A DNA stretch of 64,000 nucleotides from Hemiscyllium ocellatum (taxonomy: Eukaryota): positions 38,840,496-38,904,495 of the forward strand of contig NC_083431.1 of assembly GCF_020745735.1 (NCBI RefSeq), given 5' to 3'. Position numbers and translations under genes: made by a program. This document shows positions 41,591 to 53,795 of this stretch, in pieces. Every line of letters starts with the position of its first letter. Within the stretch, counting starts at the first letter, position 1. The notes below the pieces were generated by a model. That model ran no database searches. It was not told the DNA's origin and worked only from the letters and a program-made list of their open reading frames with translations.

Positions 41591-42855
41591 ACACACCTAC
41601 AGATGAGCTATGAAATAAGGAAACATTGAATCAGGCAATTAGGAAACAGCCATTAAATGTTGAGATCCCTGGAGAATGATTATTCTGAGGAGCTAACAGA
41701 AGAGGAGGGAAGAAATGGGAAATGTCTCAGCACTGTGAGAAACAAAGCTCACTCACTGCAATAATTTCAGTCCGAGACAAGATCTGAATCAGTAGCGCCC
41801 TTTACTTCACACTTGCAAGTGGGTGTGATGTCCACAAGACAGGGACAAAACACACTGAATTCAACAAATACTCCATATTTATATAATTTGGTTCCTACAT
41901 ATTTTTTTCTTATTTCATTGTTTTCCCCCCCGTTTACATCCTCCACTTCCCTAAGACCGGTACCCATTACTCCTGCTTATCTTGTGTCTTATCCGGTTTT
42001 GTCTGTGAAAGAAAATGCTCATTCCTGTTCTCAAGGCCATTTGACCTCATCCTGCTGTGGGCACATCCTTGCCTTTTCACAGCATCTTATCACTAAGCCC
42101 TTTTAATTGGGGTTTGTTCCTGTGTTTCTGTAAAAGTGGGAAGCATATGTTTAGACCTACTGTTTATACAGGCATATTGAGTTTAACTGTCTGTCTTACA
42201 GTCCCATTTCTTTCTTGCATACACTTTTAGCTAATAGTTGAGAATTGCAGAAGTAACATTAATCTACCATATCCCACAGCACATTGCCTTTATCTGCAGC
42301 AAGTGCAACAGAGACCGCTGTGCAGGAGTAGGACTTCTGCCCCACAGTAAGTGATGTTTAACAGAATTGACTACCAAAGTGCAAGCCATTGTTTCGTGAT
42401 TTGGGAGGCTGACAAACTAATAAATCAGTAAGAAATTCTATAGAAAATTCTTTAATCAAAGTAAAATCAACATTCAGGAGATACTCAGAAGGTCAGTCAG
42501 CAGCTGTGGAGATGTAAATAAAGTTAATAAGAGTTCAATGACCCCTTTTAAGCAATCATGTGGAGTTAACTTGCAATCAGTCATGATCTTAGTAAATGAC
42601 TGTGCAGCTCAACAGTCCTACCCCTGTTATGTATGTTCACATACAGATATAGAATGTCAAACTGACAGGGTGAGATGAAGTAAGGTGGGAAGACACTTGT
42701 GATTGAGATAAATTCTGAAAATGGTTGGGCTGTAAATACTATGATTCTATACATGTTATGATTGCTACCACGTAGAACCCAACATCCATGATTATACTTG
42801 AATTTTCTTTTCCTGGGTACTGCAGGAACACTGGACTGCCATCACGTGTAGGTGT

Positions 42856-43118
42856 TTAGATTAGATTACTTACAGTGTGGAAATAGGCCCTTCGGCCCAT
42901 CGACCCTCCGAAGAGTAACCCACCCAGACCCATTTCCTTCTGACTAATGCACCTAACACTATGGGCAATTCATGCTGACTGCACATGTTTTGGACTGTGG
43001 GAGGAAACCAGAGCACCTGGAGGAAACCCACGCAGACACAGAGAATGTGCAATTCAAACAGGCTAAAATTGAACCTGGGTGCTGTGAGGCAGTAGTGTTA
43101 ACCACTGAGCCACCATGC
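42856..43118 (-). mobile_element. HE1/V-SINE-type SINE
   Basis: (TTAGA)n tail and core similarity. Confidence 0.82.
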
Positions 43119-43149
43119 TCGTGTTGTGCTGGAGTGGATAAGTTCACAG

Positions 43150-43242
43150 GACACCTGAAGAAGGGGCTGCCCTCCGAACACTTGCGATTTCAAATAAACT
43201 TATTGCACTATAACCTGGTGTGGTGTGAGTTCTGATTTTGAA
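43150..43242 (+). mobile_element. pLTR fragment of the second PLE family with a degenerate hammerhead
   Basis: CTGAAGA-AGGGGC-TGC-CCTCC-GAAC followed by ...CTATAACCTGGTGT..., as in the 37290-37665 element. Confidence 0.55.
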
Positions 43243-43529
43243 CATTGAATTGACAGTATAGAAAATAATCTCCCTTAGTTTGTTAAATTTTCCTTTTTTT
43301 CTCTGTAATTTAGATGGTTATTGCTCGTGTCCCTTGAGGAAGGGCATCTCATTTGATAATTTTATTTGGTTGATGGGACTGAGCCAACCGACAGAGAGTG
43401 AACAATTCTGGAGAGAGAGAGTGTGCAAGTTGCTGCGGTGCCTGACCAGGAGGACGGTCTGCAGCGGTATATTATTGGCAGTGTCAGCTTGACTTATCAG
43501 GGATTTACAACGTTTGGACACTTCATAAC

Positions 43530-43694
43530 CGAGAGACGTGAGAGCCGCCACCGCTGCTGCCCGAGCCGGGCGGGTCGGACACAGGGCTGCAGCCGGAGCT
43601 GAGGCAGGCCCGCGCTCCCGCACGAGCTGCAGGAGGATCCGGCGCGAGGCGTGAGGCCTACTCCGTCACCAAGGAAACCGCAGGGGCAGCGGCC
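43530..43694 (+). promoter_or_regulatory. MKS1: MKS1 CpG-island promoter / 5' UTR
   Basis: CpG-rich stretch directly upstream of gccATGG. Confidence 0.75.
43665..43678. promoter_or_regulatory. RFX X-box
   Basis: GTCACCAAGGAAAC fits the GTYNCY-N2-RGNAAC X-box consensus and ends 17 nt upstream of the ATG of a ciliary gene. Confidence 0.75.
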
Positions 43695-43768
43695 ATGGCG
43701 TCTTGCGGCGACGAGCGGGTGGAAGCGGTTTACCGGACCCGGGACCCGGTGAAGAATCTCCGCATCCG
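43695..43768 (+). CDS. MKS1: MKS1 coding exon 1 (transition-zone B9-domain protein)
   Basis: MASCGDERVEAVYRTRDPVKNLRI(R), cf. human EAVYRSRDPVRNLRLR. Donor GTACGG, 74 nt. Confidence 0.93.
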
Positions 43769-44614
43769 GTACGGGGCGAGGAGGAGATTAACCCGGGTTA
43801 TCTTTCTTCTGGGGTGGAAGAGAATGAGAATAACACGTTCTTTGGGCGGGAGGGGGAGGGGGTGTAGGAGTGAGGTGAACACCGTAATGAATATTTGGTT
43901 GTAAATGAGGAGAATATAAGGTCAGGAAATGATCGTGTTTAATGTTTGAGGAGTGTGTAGAGTGTGATGGTGGGTGATATTATTGTGGGGTGGAGCATTC
44001 AGCTGTTGCATTTATTGAATAAAACTTTTGTTGCTTCAGTATGGAGAGGCGATGTCCTAAGTTGTATTATTATTAGACTTTTAACTCGGAGATACTGATG
44101 GCGTCCTTGGAACTTGGGTTCAAAACTTGTCAGATGGTGAAATAAACAAACGCCTTGAATTAAGAGCCTAACAATGACCATATAACCATTGTTGATAAAA
44201 CTCATCAGTTTCAAGAAAGACCTTCTGTTCCTAAGCTGCTGTCAGTAACTGGTCTGCCCTACAAACCCACTGCAATGTGGTCGAGTCTTAACTGTCCTCT
44301 GGACAATCCTGGAAACACAGTAAGTGCTGGCCCAGCCAGTGATATCCACATCCTGTGAACAAATAAAAGAAACACATTCAGGACAGAAGAACATGGGAGT
44401 GGTTCGGGGTAGAACAGTAACTAAGGATGATGTTTTTGGACGAGAAACTGACTCGATGGTTCTATTTTTCTAATCAAAAGCTAGATGTTGAGATGGAAAA
44501 TTGGATTCATGAAGGACAGCCAATGGTCTCAATCGAAAACTTACCTGTGAAATGTTGCTCATCACTTGCACTTCAGCTAAAATTGCATTTGTGCCAGAGT
44601 CACTCTGTCAAGCT

Positions 44615-46625
44615 GTCAAAAAGTGTGGTGTTCTAAAAGAATACCCGGTCAGGCAGCATCCGAGGAGCAAGAGAGTCAACATTTCAAGCATAAGCTCCTC
44701 ATCAGAAATGTGTGAGTGTGTTGCTGGGGGTAGAACGGTGAGGAAAGGGGGCTGACATAAATGGGAGGAGGTGTGGAGCTGAGCGGAAAGTAGCTGGGAA
44801 TGAAGGTGGGGGTGATGGTGATATGTCGGAGTGGAGGGTGGAGCAGATAAGTGAGAATGAAAATGGACAGGTAGGGCAACGCCAAGTTGGAGGGTTGGAT
44901 CTGGGATAAAGTGGGGGGAGGGGAGATCAGGAAACTGGTGCAATCGTCATTGAACCCGTGTGATTGAAGGGTCCCACGGTGGAAGATGAGGTGTTCTTCT
45001 TCCAGGCGTTGGGGGGGGCTAGACTTTGGTAGTGGAGGAGGCCCAGGACTTGCATGTCCTTAGCACTGTGGGAGGGGGAGTTGAAGTGTCTGGTCACAGG
45101 GTGGTGGGGTTGATTGGTGCGTATCTCCCAGAGATATTCTCTGAAAAGTTCTGCAAATTGAAGTCCTGTTCCCCAATGTACAGAAGACCACATGGAGAGC
45201 AACAGACACAGTAGATGAGACTTTTGGAGGTGCAGATAAATCTCTGCCGGATGTGGAAGGATCCTTTGGGGCCTTGGATGGAGGTGAGGTGGGAAGTGTG
45301 GACACAGGTTTTATAAGTCTTATGGCAGCAAGAGAAGGTGCCGGGAGTAGAGAGTGCATTGCTTGGGGTTGGAGACCTAACGAGGAAGTCGTGGAGGGAA
45401 TGGTCTCTGCAGAATGCAGATAGGGATGGGAAAGAAATATAACTCTTGTGATGGGGTGTGATTGTAGGTGTTGGAAATGGCAGAGGATGATGCGTTGTAT
45501 CTGGAGCTTGGTCGGGTGAAAGTTGAGGACTGGGGGCGGTCTGTCCTTGTTACGATTTGGAGGGTTGGGGTTCAATGTTGGAGGTGCAGGAACCCCACCC
45601 TTGAACTCTGCCCTTGAACCCCACCCTTCCAATTGCAACAAGGACAGAACCCCCTGGTCCTCAATTTCCACCTCACCAACCTCCAGATACAACGCATCAT
45701 TCACTGCCATTTCCACCACCTACAAACAGACCTCACCACCAGTGATATATATTCCCTCCCCACCCCTATCTGCATTCCACAGAGATCATTCCCCCTGTGA
45801 CTTCCTGGATGGGTCTACGACTCCCCACCCCCCTACCAACCCACCCTCCACTCTTGGCGCCTTCCCTTGCCAATGCAAGAGGTGCGAAACCGGCACTCAC
45901 ACCTCCCCCTTCACCAATATCCAAGGTCGCAAATGATCCTTCCATTTCCGTCAGAGATTTTCCTTCACCTCCAAACACCTCATCTACTGTGTCTATTGCT
46001 CTCAATGTGATCTCTTGCACACTGGGGAGACAGGATGCTAACTTGTGAAACATTTCAGAGAACATCTTTGGGACACAAGCATTCAACTCCACCGCCCTGT
46101 GGTCGAAAACATCAACTCCCCCTCCCACTCTGCAAGGACATGCAAGTCCTGGGCCGCCTCCACTACCAGATTCTAGCCACGGGACACCTGGAAGAAAAAT
46201 ACCTCCTCTTATACCTTGGGACCCTCCAACCACGTGGAGATCAATGTCAATTTCACCAATTTTCTGATCTCCCCTCCCCCCACTTTATCCCAGATCCAAC
46301 CCTCCAACTCGGTACAGCCCTCTTGAATTGTCCTACCTGTGCCTCTTCCTTCCCATCTATCTGATCCACCCTCCACTCTGCCCTAATACCATCACCCCCC
46401 ACCTTCATCTACCTATCACATTCTCAGCTACCTTCCCCTCCACAACCCCACCTCCTCCCATTTATCTCTCAGCCCCTCTTGGGCCTCCCCATATTCCTGA
46501 GGAAGAGCTTATGCTTGAAACGTTGACTCTCCTGTTCCTCAGATGCTTCCTGATGACCAGCTGTGCTTTTCCAGCACCACGCTTTTTGACTCTGATCTCC
46601 AGCATTTGCTGTCCTTACTTTCTCC
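44615..46625. mobile_element. Penelope-like fold-back insertion in MKS1 intron 1
   Basis: Inverted arms of about 1 kb meeting near 45590, with GIY-YIG remnants. 15-bp TSD TCACTCTGTCAAGCT at 44600-44614 and 46626-46640. Hammerhead remnants at about 44675-44708 (-) and 46493-46528 (+). Confidence 0.9.
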
Positions 46626-46752
46626 TCACTCTGTCAAGCTTCCTAGCAGGTTATTCATAGTATTAATAGGTTTGTTAACCAGACAATTTCAATAATTTAA
46701 ATGTTAAGTTGACTGAAGCAAGAAGTTAAGTGTGTTCAATTTTGTTTTGAAG

Positions 46753-46880
46753 TGTGTGGCTTCAACGGGTAACCCCAACGGCAGTCTTCACTCAACATAT
46801 TCTGCAACCAGCAATTCAACATGAACAAAATCTCATTGAAATGTCTACCTTTGACACCCAGTCTTCAGGCAGAATGACAG
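46753..46880 (+). CDS. MKS1: MKS1 coding exon 2
   Basis: VWLQRVTPTAVFTQHILQPAIQHEQNLIEMSTFDTQSSGRMT, cf. human VHLQRIT...DLIDLATF. 128 nt, AG/GT bounded, phases fit. Confidence 0.9.
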
Positions 46881-48421
46881 GTAAACTCCACATTTATCAC
46901 ATGCAGTCATTGAGTCTTACAACACAGAAACAGATCCTTCAGTCTAACCAGTCCATGCCTAACATAATCCCAAACTAAACTAAAGGTCCCACCTTTCTGC
47001 TCCTGGCCCATATCCCTCCAAATCTTTCCAACCTTTTAAATGTTGTAATCGTACCCGTATCCACCACTTCCTCAGGAAGTTTATTCCACATGTGAATCAC
47101 ACGCTGTAAAAGAAAACCTTATGTCTTTTTTTTAAATCTCTCTCCTCTCATCTTAAAAATGTGCCCCCCAGTCTTGAAATTCCCCATCTTAGGGAAAAGA
47201 CAACTACCATCAACTCTATCTATACCTCTCATTATTTTATAAAACTCTTATCAGGTCACTTCTCAAGTTCCTATGTGCATTTTGCTTTCCTTGTTATTTG
47301 AATTACCAACGTGTTCCAAAGTGAGTTTAACATGGGATAATAGAGTTATAGGACACTGCATATTATAACAGTTTGGTTGAGAGTGTAGAGATATGTTATG
47401 CTGTCTGACATTTGTTAGTCAAGACAAGCTAACTCTTTCATTACCATTTCTATATTACTGTCCTCAAACAAATGTCTTCGCACACCTCCAGATTTGGGTG
47501 TATGCTATCCTCAGTTTTGCTCTGCAGTTGAGTGCTCAAAGATTGCTATAAGTGTTCTTTTTCTCTAAGGCTAAGTGCCTCGGAGCATTCGAGGCCCAAA
47601 CACCTTCAGGTGAACCATCAATAACTTTTTCTCTATCATGAGATCAAAAGTAGGAATGTTCACTGATTGCAGAATTATAATCCCATCTAAAGTTATTATT
47701 GGGAAAATTGGATCCCAGAGTGAAGTCTGCTTTGGTAATCATGTTTGTTTTGGTTTTAACAAGGGGTCGGTTTCCCTTTGATACACAAGCGTGCAAATTT
47801 TGTCTTAACAATAAAACAAATTAATTTTGCAAAATAAATTATAATAAAATAGAATGAACAATCTATTTACTTAAAGCACAAAATTCAAGTGTTTTAAATA
47901 TTCTGTAAAAGTATAATCCTGTTAATCCTAAAATAGTCCTGTACCAATTCACAAAAATAAACAAATCTCTTACAAAACAGCCAATAACAATCCTTCTACA
48001 GTACTCACATCAGCATTCCTTGGTTAACACCTCAGTGGGTTTTCGGTAACAATGACTTTGGCTCCTAGACCAGGACCTCTAATAACTTTACTCCTGGAAT
48101 TGTCATACATCTGAGTTTAAACAAATTCACCTTCACGTTTTCTTTAGGATTTTATCTCAATATTTCCAGTCTGGAGCTGTCATTAATTCCTTACTCTAAT
48201 GTAGTCTAGTTTACCATATTCTCCCCTCCTTAATTCCATCACTATTCAAACATACTTGCCCACTTGCCTCTTGAATCTTGTCTTAATTTCCTTCTTTTAA
48301 TCTCTTCTAAGATATTTCCTCATTCTATTCTTACTGTCATCCCATTTCCCTATCCCCGTATCAGTCGAAGCAAACACCCAGAGACACAGTATGACTTGAC
48401 CTTCATCTTTATTCAGGGCCC

Positions 48422-48454
<33 letters not shown>

Positions 48455-49343
48455 ATGATCGTCCATATGCACAGAGCCCTGAGTTCTCAGTCTTTTCTAG
48501 AGCAGCAGATTCTTAAGGAATTATATAGTTACTTACAGGGAGCACCATCCAAAAAAGGTAACATCTTATTGGGTGACCATTACAATCAGCGAACATCAAC
48601 AGTAAAGATTAAGCCATCTGGCTTTATACGATGGATGTTCTTAACCTTGTTAACTGGCATTACACAATGGATGCTTTTTACCTCGTTAACCCACTACCCT
48701 TGCCTCCAGAACCTCTTTGTTTACTGCAAGTTCTTATCTGGTCAAAGTCATGCTAGCTGAGCTGTTATCATGCAACCCAAAACTTAACTCTTTCCTTACC
48801 TGCTCATACCTTATACACTTTCTCATTACCACCACTGGAATATTGCCTATCCCTAACCTATTTCCCACTCTGAAACCTTCCTCCATTTTATCTTGATATG
48901 TAATAATGCTTTTCAGCATTCTCTCCTTACCCATGGTGAGGTATTACCCATTTTTCCTTATCTGTGCAGAGATACGTAAAGTAAAAATTGCCATAGTCCC
49001 AGAGGACCAAAGGGCTGCTTTCTCATTTAGAGAAAGAAACATTATGCTGGTTTAACCTGATGGCTACTATGTCTCAGGTAAGAGGCAATGTCAAGAAGAT
49101 GGGCTCTTCATGTTGATCACAGCCAGTACAGAAATTGAAACCACATTATGCTGTCACAAATTAGCCATATAACTGACTGGGCTAACCGACACACTCCACC
49201 TAGCACACAGAGAATCCCCTATTGTTTCCTTACCTATACTAAGATGTTGTACTCTATCCTTAACTATGTCAATGTATTCCTTAATTTTGTCCTTTTTTTG
49301 AGACTGCAACAATATTTGTCGTTTCTTTCCTTCATTTTTTTAG

Positions 49344-49408
49344 GTGGTTATCGGACACATGACCAGGAAGAGGTTGTGGTGGGTTGGCAGGAGAAGCTAT
49401 TCAGTCAG
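49344..49408 (+). CDS. MKS1: MKS1 coding exon 3
   Basis: (G)GYRTHDQEEVVVGWQEKLFSQ. 65 nt, ttttag acceptor, GTAACT donor. Confidence 0.95.
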
Positions 49409-50384
49409 GTAACTCATCTGTCATTTTACTGTGAAATCAGAACAATGGTGATTGATTTTGAAGTTTACTGTTAAGGCGGAAGGATATTATTTGAGGGATA
49501 TACTTCACTTTATATCTTTGCTTTACAATATATTTTTAAAACAAACAACCATAAATTATAGATTAGAAGCAGCCATATGCTAACATTAAGTTCACTAAAT
49601 TACATAATTTCATTTAATCAAATTGAATTCATAAAGCAGTCACTATTTCTAAACTAGATTGACAGGTTCAGTGCTCTGAGTGTGCTGGTATGGTAGGATT
49701 TGTGGGGCACAATTATGTTGGTGTGATTTAGAGGAGACTGATTGACTTCAGACTATTCTATAGGTGGTCTGTAACCTTACCACTGAAGTCATTGGGAAGT
49801 AAAGATGAAGCTTTTTTTCCCCTTACATATTAAAAATTTGTTAGATACTGCTTCTATTCCAGTGACCAAATGGGAGGCAAACCATTTTACTTGCACAGTT
49901 TTGAATATTGAGCCAGGCAGCAACGCTAAGCAGTTGCTCAGTGCAGTAAATGCCAAACAGTGAGGGATGGGAGAGTGAGGGCAGATCGCAGAATCGTTAG
50001 AGTAGTTGTACCACAGAAAGAGACCATTAAACCTATTGTGTCTATGCTGGTTTTCTACCCAGTTTGCTCCCTCCACTTGGTGCTATTTCCTTGTTTTTCC
50101 CTCTAACCCTGCAATTCTTTCCCTTTTTCAGATAATAATCAGATTACCTATTCTATTAACCATGTCTCCATCTCTTACCAGCATATTTTAGATTCTAACT
50201 ACCTGCAGCATTAAAAGGGTTTTTCTCACATTGCCATAGCTAACTTTTGGCATTCACTTTAAACCTTTCCTTTCTCGATCCTTTCACCATTAGGAACAGT
50301 TTCTCCCTATCTAGTATGTCCATACCCCTCATGATTTTGAACATCTTTATCTTGGCTAACTCTTCTCTTATGCAAACAATGTCA

Positions 50385-50625
50385 ATTTCTTGGCTGGGAC
50401 AACACACACATCCTAGGACAGGTGAAACAAAGACTTGCCTGAGAATTCTGAGAGCCATGGCATTCTAACCAGAACTCCATCAATAAACACATCAATTTAG
50501 ATCCTATCTACCTTCCCTTGAGAAAAAGAACCACCAGCACTTCACTGGAGACTCTCACTGATGATATTACCTTGTATGGTGACAAAACATCTGAAAACCT
50601 CAGTGAGCTAACTTACGTACTGAAC
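50385..50625 (+). mobile_element. 3' end of a third PLE family with a degenerate hammerhead (50558-50591)
   Basis: Endonuclease C-terminal remnant WDNTHILGQ...WHSNQNSINKH. CTGATGA-TATTACC-TTGTAT-GGTGAC-AAAA-CATC. Confidence 0.65.
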
Positions 50626-51401
50626 TTTCTCATCCCTTGAACCATTTTTTGAGAATCTTTTTGCATTGTCTCTAATTTCTTCAAATCCTTCCTAAAGTGT
50701 GGTACCCAGTCTTAGATGAAAAAAACATCCAGTTCAGGCCTTACCTATATTTTATACAGGTGTACCATTAATTGCTTTTTTACTCTGTATGTCTGTTGAT
50801 AAAACCCAAGTTACTGTCCCACCCAGACCCATATGCTTTCGTGTCTTTTTCAGCAAAGCCTTGACAAGGTCTCACGTAGGAGACTTACAAAGATGGCAAA
50901 TGCACATGGAATACAGGGTGATTAATAAAGAACATTTAATATTGGCTCATTTGTAAGAGATAGAGATGGCTGAAAGTTGCTTTAGTGACTGGAAGCCACT
51001 GTCTGGTGGCTTGCTATAGGAACCTGTGCTGATTCTCCTATTATTCATCATTATATAAATTACATAGATGACTGTGTCAGGCTGGATTAGTAAGTTTGCA
51101 GATGACACAAAGATTGGTAGGGTGGGTAACGTTGAGGTTGGAGTTCTTTAGGCTCCAAGAAGATATCAACCAAATGGTCAAGTAGACAGATAAATGGCAG
51201 ATGAAATTTAACTCTTAAAAAGTGTGAGGTGATACACTTTGGAAGCAGTAATTTGACAAGGAAGTATTCCATGTACAGCATGAACTAAGAAGTTCTGTGG
51301 AACACAGAGACCTCTGAATGTTTGTCCATAAATCTCTGAAGGTGATGTTAGACTGGTGAAGAATGCTTATGGGGCACTTGCCTTTATCAATCAAGATATA
51401 G

Positions 51402-51554
51402 GAGAAAGTGAGGACTGCAGATGCTGGAGATCAGAGCTGAAAATGTGTTGCTGGAAGGGGATTCCTGAAGAAGGGCTCATGCCCGAAACGTCGATTCTCC
51501 TGCTCCTTAGATGCTGCCTGACCTGCTGCGCTTTTCCAGCAACATATTTTCAGC
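51402..51554. mobile_element. 153-bp non-coding PLE fold-back mini-element carrying one hammerhead
   Basis: 15-bp TSD TCAATCAAGATATAG at 51387-51401 and 51555-51569. Inverted ends GCTGAAAATGTGTTGCTGGAA / TTCCAGCAACATATTTTCAGC. Confidence 0.9.
51461..51496 (+). ncRNA. Minimal type I hammerhead ribozyme, catalytic core intact
   Basis: ATTC-CTGAAGA-AGGGC-TCAT-GCCC-GAAA-CGTC-GATT. Stem I has one mismatch. Confidence 0.75.
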
Positions 51555-53235
51555 TCAATCAAGATATAGATGACAAAAACATGGAAGTTACATTGGAGTT
51601 ATGTTTAACTTTGGTGAGATCACAACTGGAGTACTATGTGCAGTTCTGCTCACCACATTCAAGTTACACTGTAGTGGGTGCAGAGGTGATTCATCAGGAT
51701 GCTGCCTGGGGTGAAAAATTGAAGTTACAAGGAAAGGGTGGACCGGCTTGGTTTGTTTTCATTGGAGCAGAGAAGATTGATTGCTGAAATGATTGGGGTG
51801 TGCAAAATTATGGGGGGCATGGACAGAGTGGGTAGGGTGTAGCTATTCTCCTCAGTTGAAAGGTCAGTTATGAGGGGACATCAATTCAAGGTGAGGGGCA
51901 GGATGTTTAGGTGTGGATGTGAGGGAGAGCGTATTTATCCAGATGGTGGCGATGGTCTAGACTGTGCTGCCTGGAAGGGTGGAAGAGGAAAATTACCTCT
52001 CGTTCTTTTAAAAAGTACTTGCATGAGCACTTGGCATGTCATAATATTTAAGGCAATGGGCCAAGTACCAGTAAATGGAATTAGGTTGAAAGTCAGGTGT
52101 TTCTCAGTGTCGGAAGCCTCGACGGGCCAAAGGGCCTCTTCTGCACTGTGATTCTATGCTTCTCTTTTTGATGTGTACTATTTTATTTTATATTGTCTCT
52201 CTGTTTGACCTACCCAAATGAAAAGCCAAACTTCAAAATGAAGCTGAAGTGTAGCAACTCTCCATGCACTGTCCCTAACAAATTATCCCCTCACATCTTT
52301 CATAATCGTTCTACTCTCTTAAATCTCAATTATATCTTTCTATGCACCTTCTCTGCAGGCATAACACCATATTCTGCATTCTGTTTTATTACCCTGACAT
52401 ACTTATATAAGGTATGATTTGTCTGGATAGCATGCAATACAGTACTTTTCACTGAATCTCAGTACGTGACAATAGTAAATCAAATCAAACCCCTCTGCAT
52501 TGAATTTCATCTGCTTCTTATCCACAAATTCCAACACATTCTGGGCAATCCTTGCATTTTTTTTTGTAATACCTCCAATTTTCCAAGTCTAAATTTATAA
52601 GTTGTGCCCTGGAAAAGGAGGTCCAAGTCAATCTTATAAGTCAGGGGTCCAAGGTTTATTACACTGATTAAGAATCTCACTTAGCTCCATTCTGGGAAGG
52701 TAAAGATTTAACACAATTCAGCCGATCTCTTATCCATGGTTGTCCGGTCCATGAACTCTACTTTGCTTGCATCTGTTGTGAGACGTATTATCAAATGTCT
52801 TTTCGAAGTCCATGTACACCATGTTAACAATATTTCCCTCATCAACCTGTTACGTTTTCAAAAATCATGTGAAAGTTAGTTAAATACAATTTGCTCTTAA
52901 ACCATACTGATTTTCCTTACCGAACTCTCATTTGTTTATTAGCTTTGTCCTGAATTATCATTTCTAAATGTTTTCTCGCTACCAAGGTTAAACTGACTGC
53001 TATGTAGTTGTTGGACTCATGTTTATACTGTACATCCTTTTATGAATGAAGGTGTATCTAACTTTTTGCCATTCTCTAATCCTCTGATAACACTCTTGGA
53101 GCTCAGGAAGATTGGAAAATTAAAGCCACTGTGTCCACAGTTGCCACACTCACTTCCTTTGTTACCCCTGGATGCATCTTATTTGGTCCTAGTGCCTTAT
53201 CAACTTTTAAGTAGACAGACAATCCAATAACCGGT

Positions 53236-53542
53236 GGGCGGCACGGTGGCACAGTGGTTAGCACTGCTGCCTCACAGCGCCTGAGACCCGGGTTCATTTC
53301 CCGACTCAGGCGACTGACTGCGTGGAGTTTGCACGTTCTCCCCGTGTCTGCGTGGGTTTCCTCCGGGTGCTCCGGTTTCCTCCCACAGTCCAAAAATGTG
53401 CGGGTCAGGTGAATTGGCCATGCTAAATTGCCCGTAGTGTGAGGTAAGGAGTAAATGTAGGGGTATGGGTGGGTTGCGCTTCGGCGGGTCGGTGTGGACT
53501 TGTTGGGCCGAAGGGCCTGTTTCCACACTGTAAGTAATCTAA
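53236..53542 (+). mobile_element. Young full-length HE1/V-SINE-type SINE
   Basis: Intact head, core and tail. AATCCAATAACC / AATCTAATAACC TSD-like flanks. Confidence 0.92.
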
Positions 53543-53759
53543 TAACCATCCCCACCTCCCCCATATCAGTTTTAAATCATTCATGATTATGAGCCTCATG
53601 TTTCATCATGATCTGCATCTTCTTTCCTCACAAAGGCAGATGCCAAGTATATATTTAATAACTCAGATATGCGAGTAAAAAGTGAGGTCTGCAGATGCTG
53701 GAGATCAGAGCTGAAAATGTTAAAGTGCAGCAGGTCAGGCAGCATCCAAGGAACAGGAA

Positions 53760-53795
53760 ATTCGACGTTTCGGGCATAAGCCCTTCATCAGGAAT
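53760..53795 (-). ncRNA. Minimal type I hammerhead ribozyme, intact
   Basis: Minus strand reads ATTC-CTGATGA-AGGGC-TTAT-GCCC-GAAA-CGTC-GAAT. Confidence 0.8.

Larger units (their letters stand above)
50830..52160 (+). mobile_element. Degenerate CR1-group LINE 3' fragment, interrupted at 51402-51554
   Basis: SKFADDTKIG-type RT motif near 51090 and LTLVRSQLEYYVQF downstream. Confidence 0.8.

Noticed and set aside
53236-53310. tRNA-like sequence with A/B boxes (also at 3460-3529 and 40538-40610)
   Set aside because: SINE heads continuous with the SINE core and tail, not tRNA genes.
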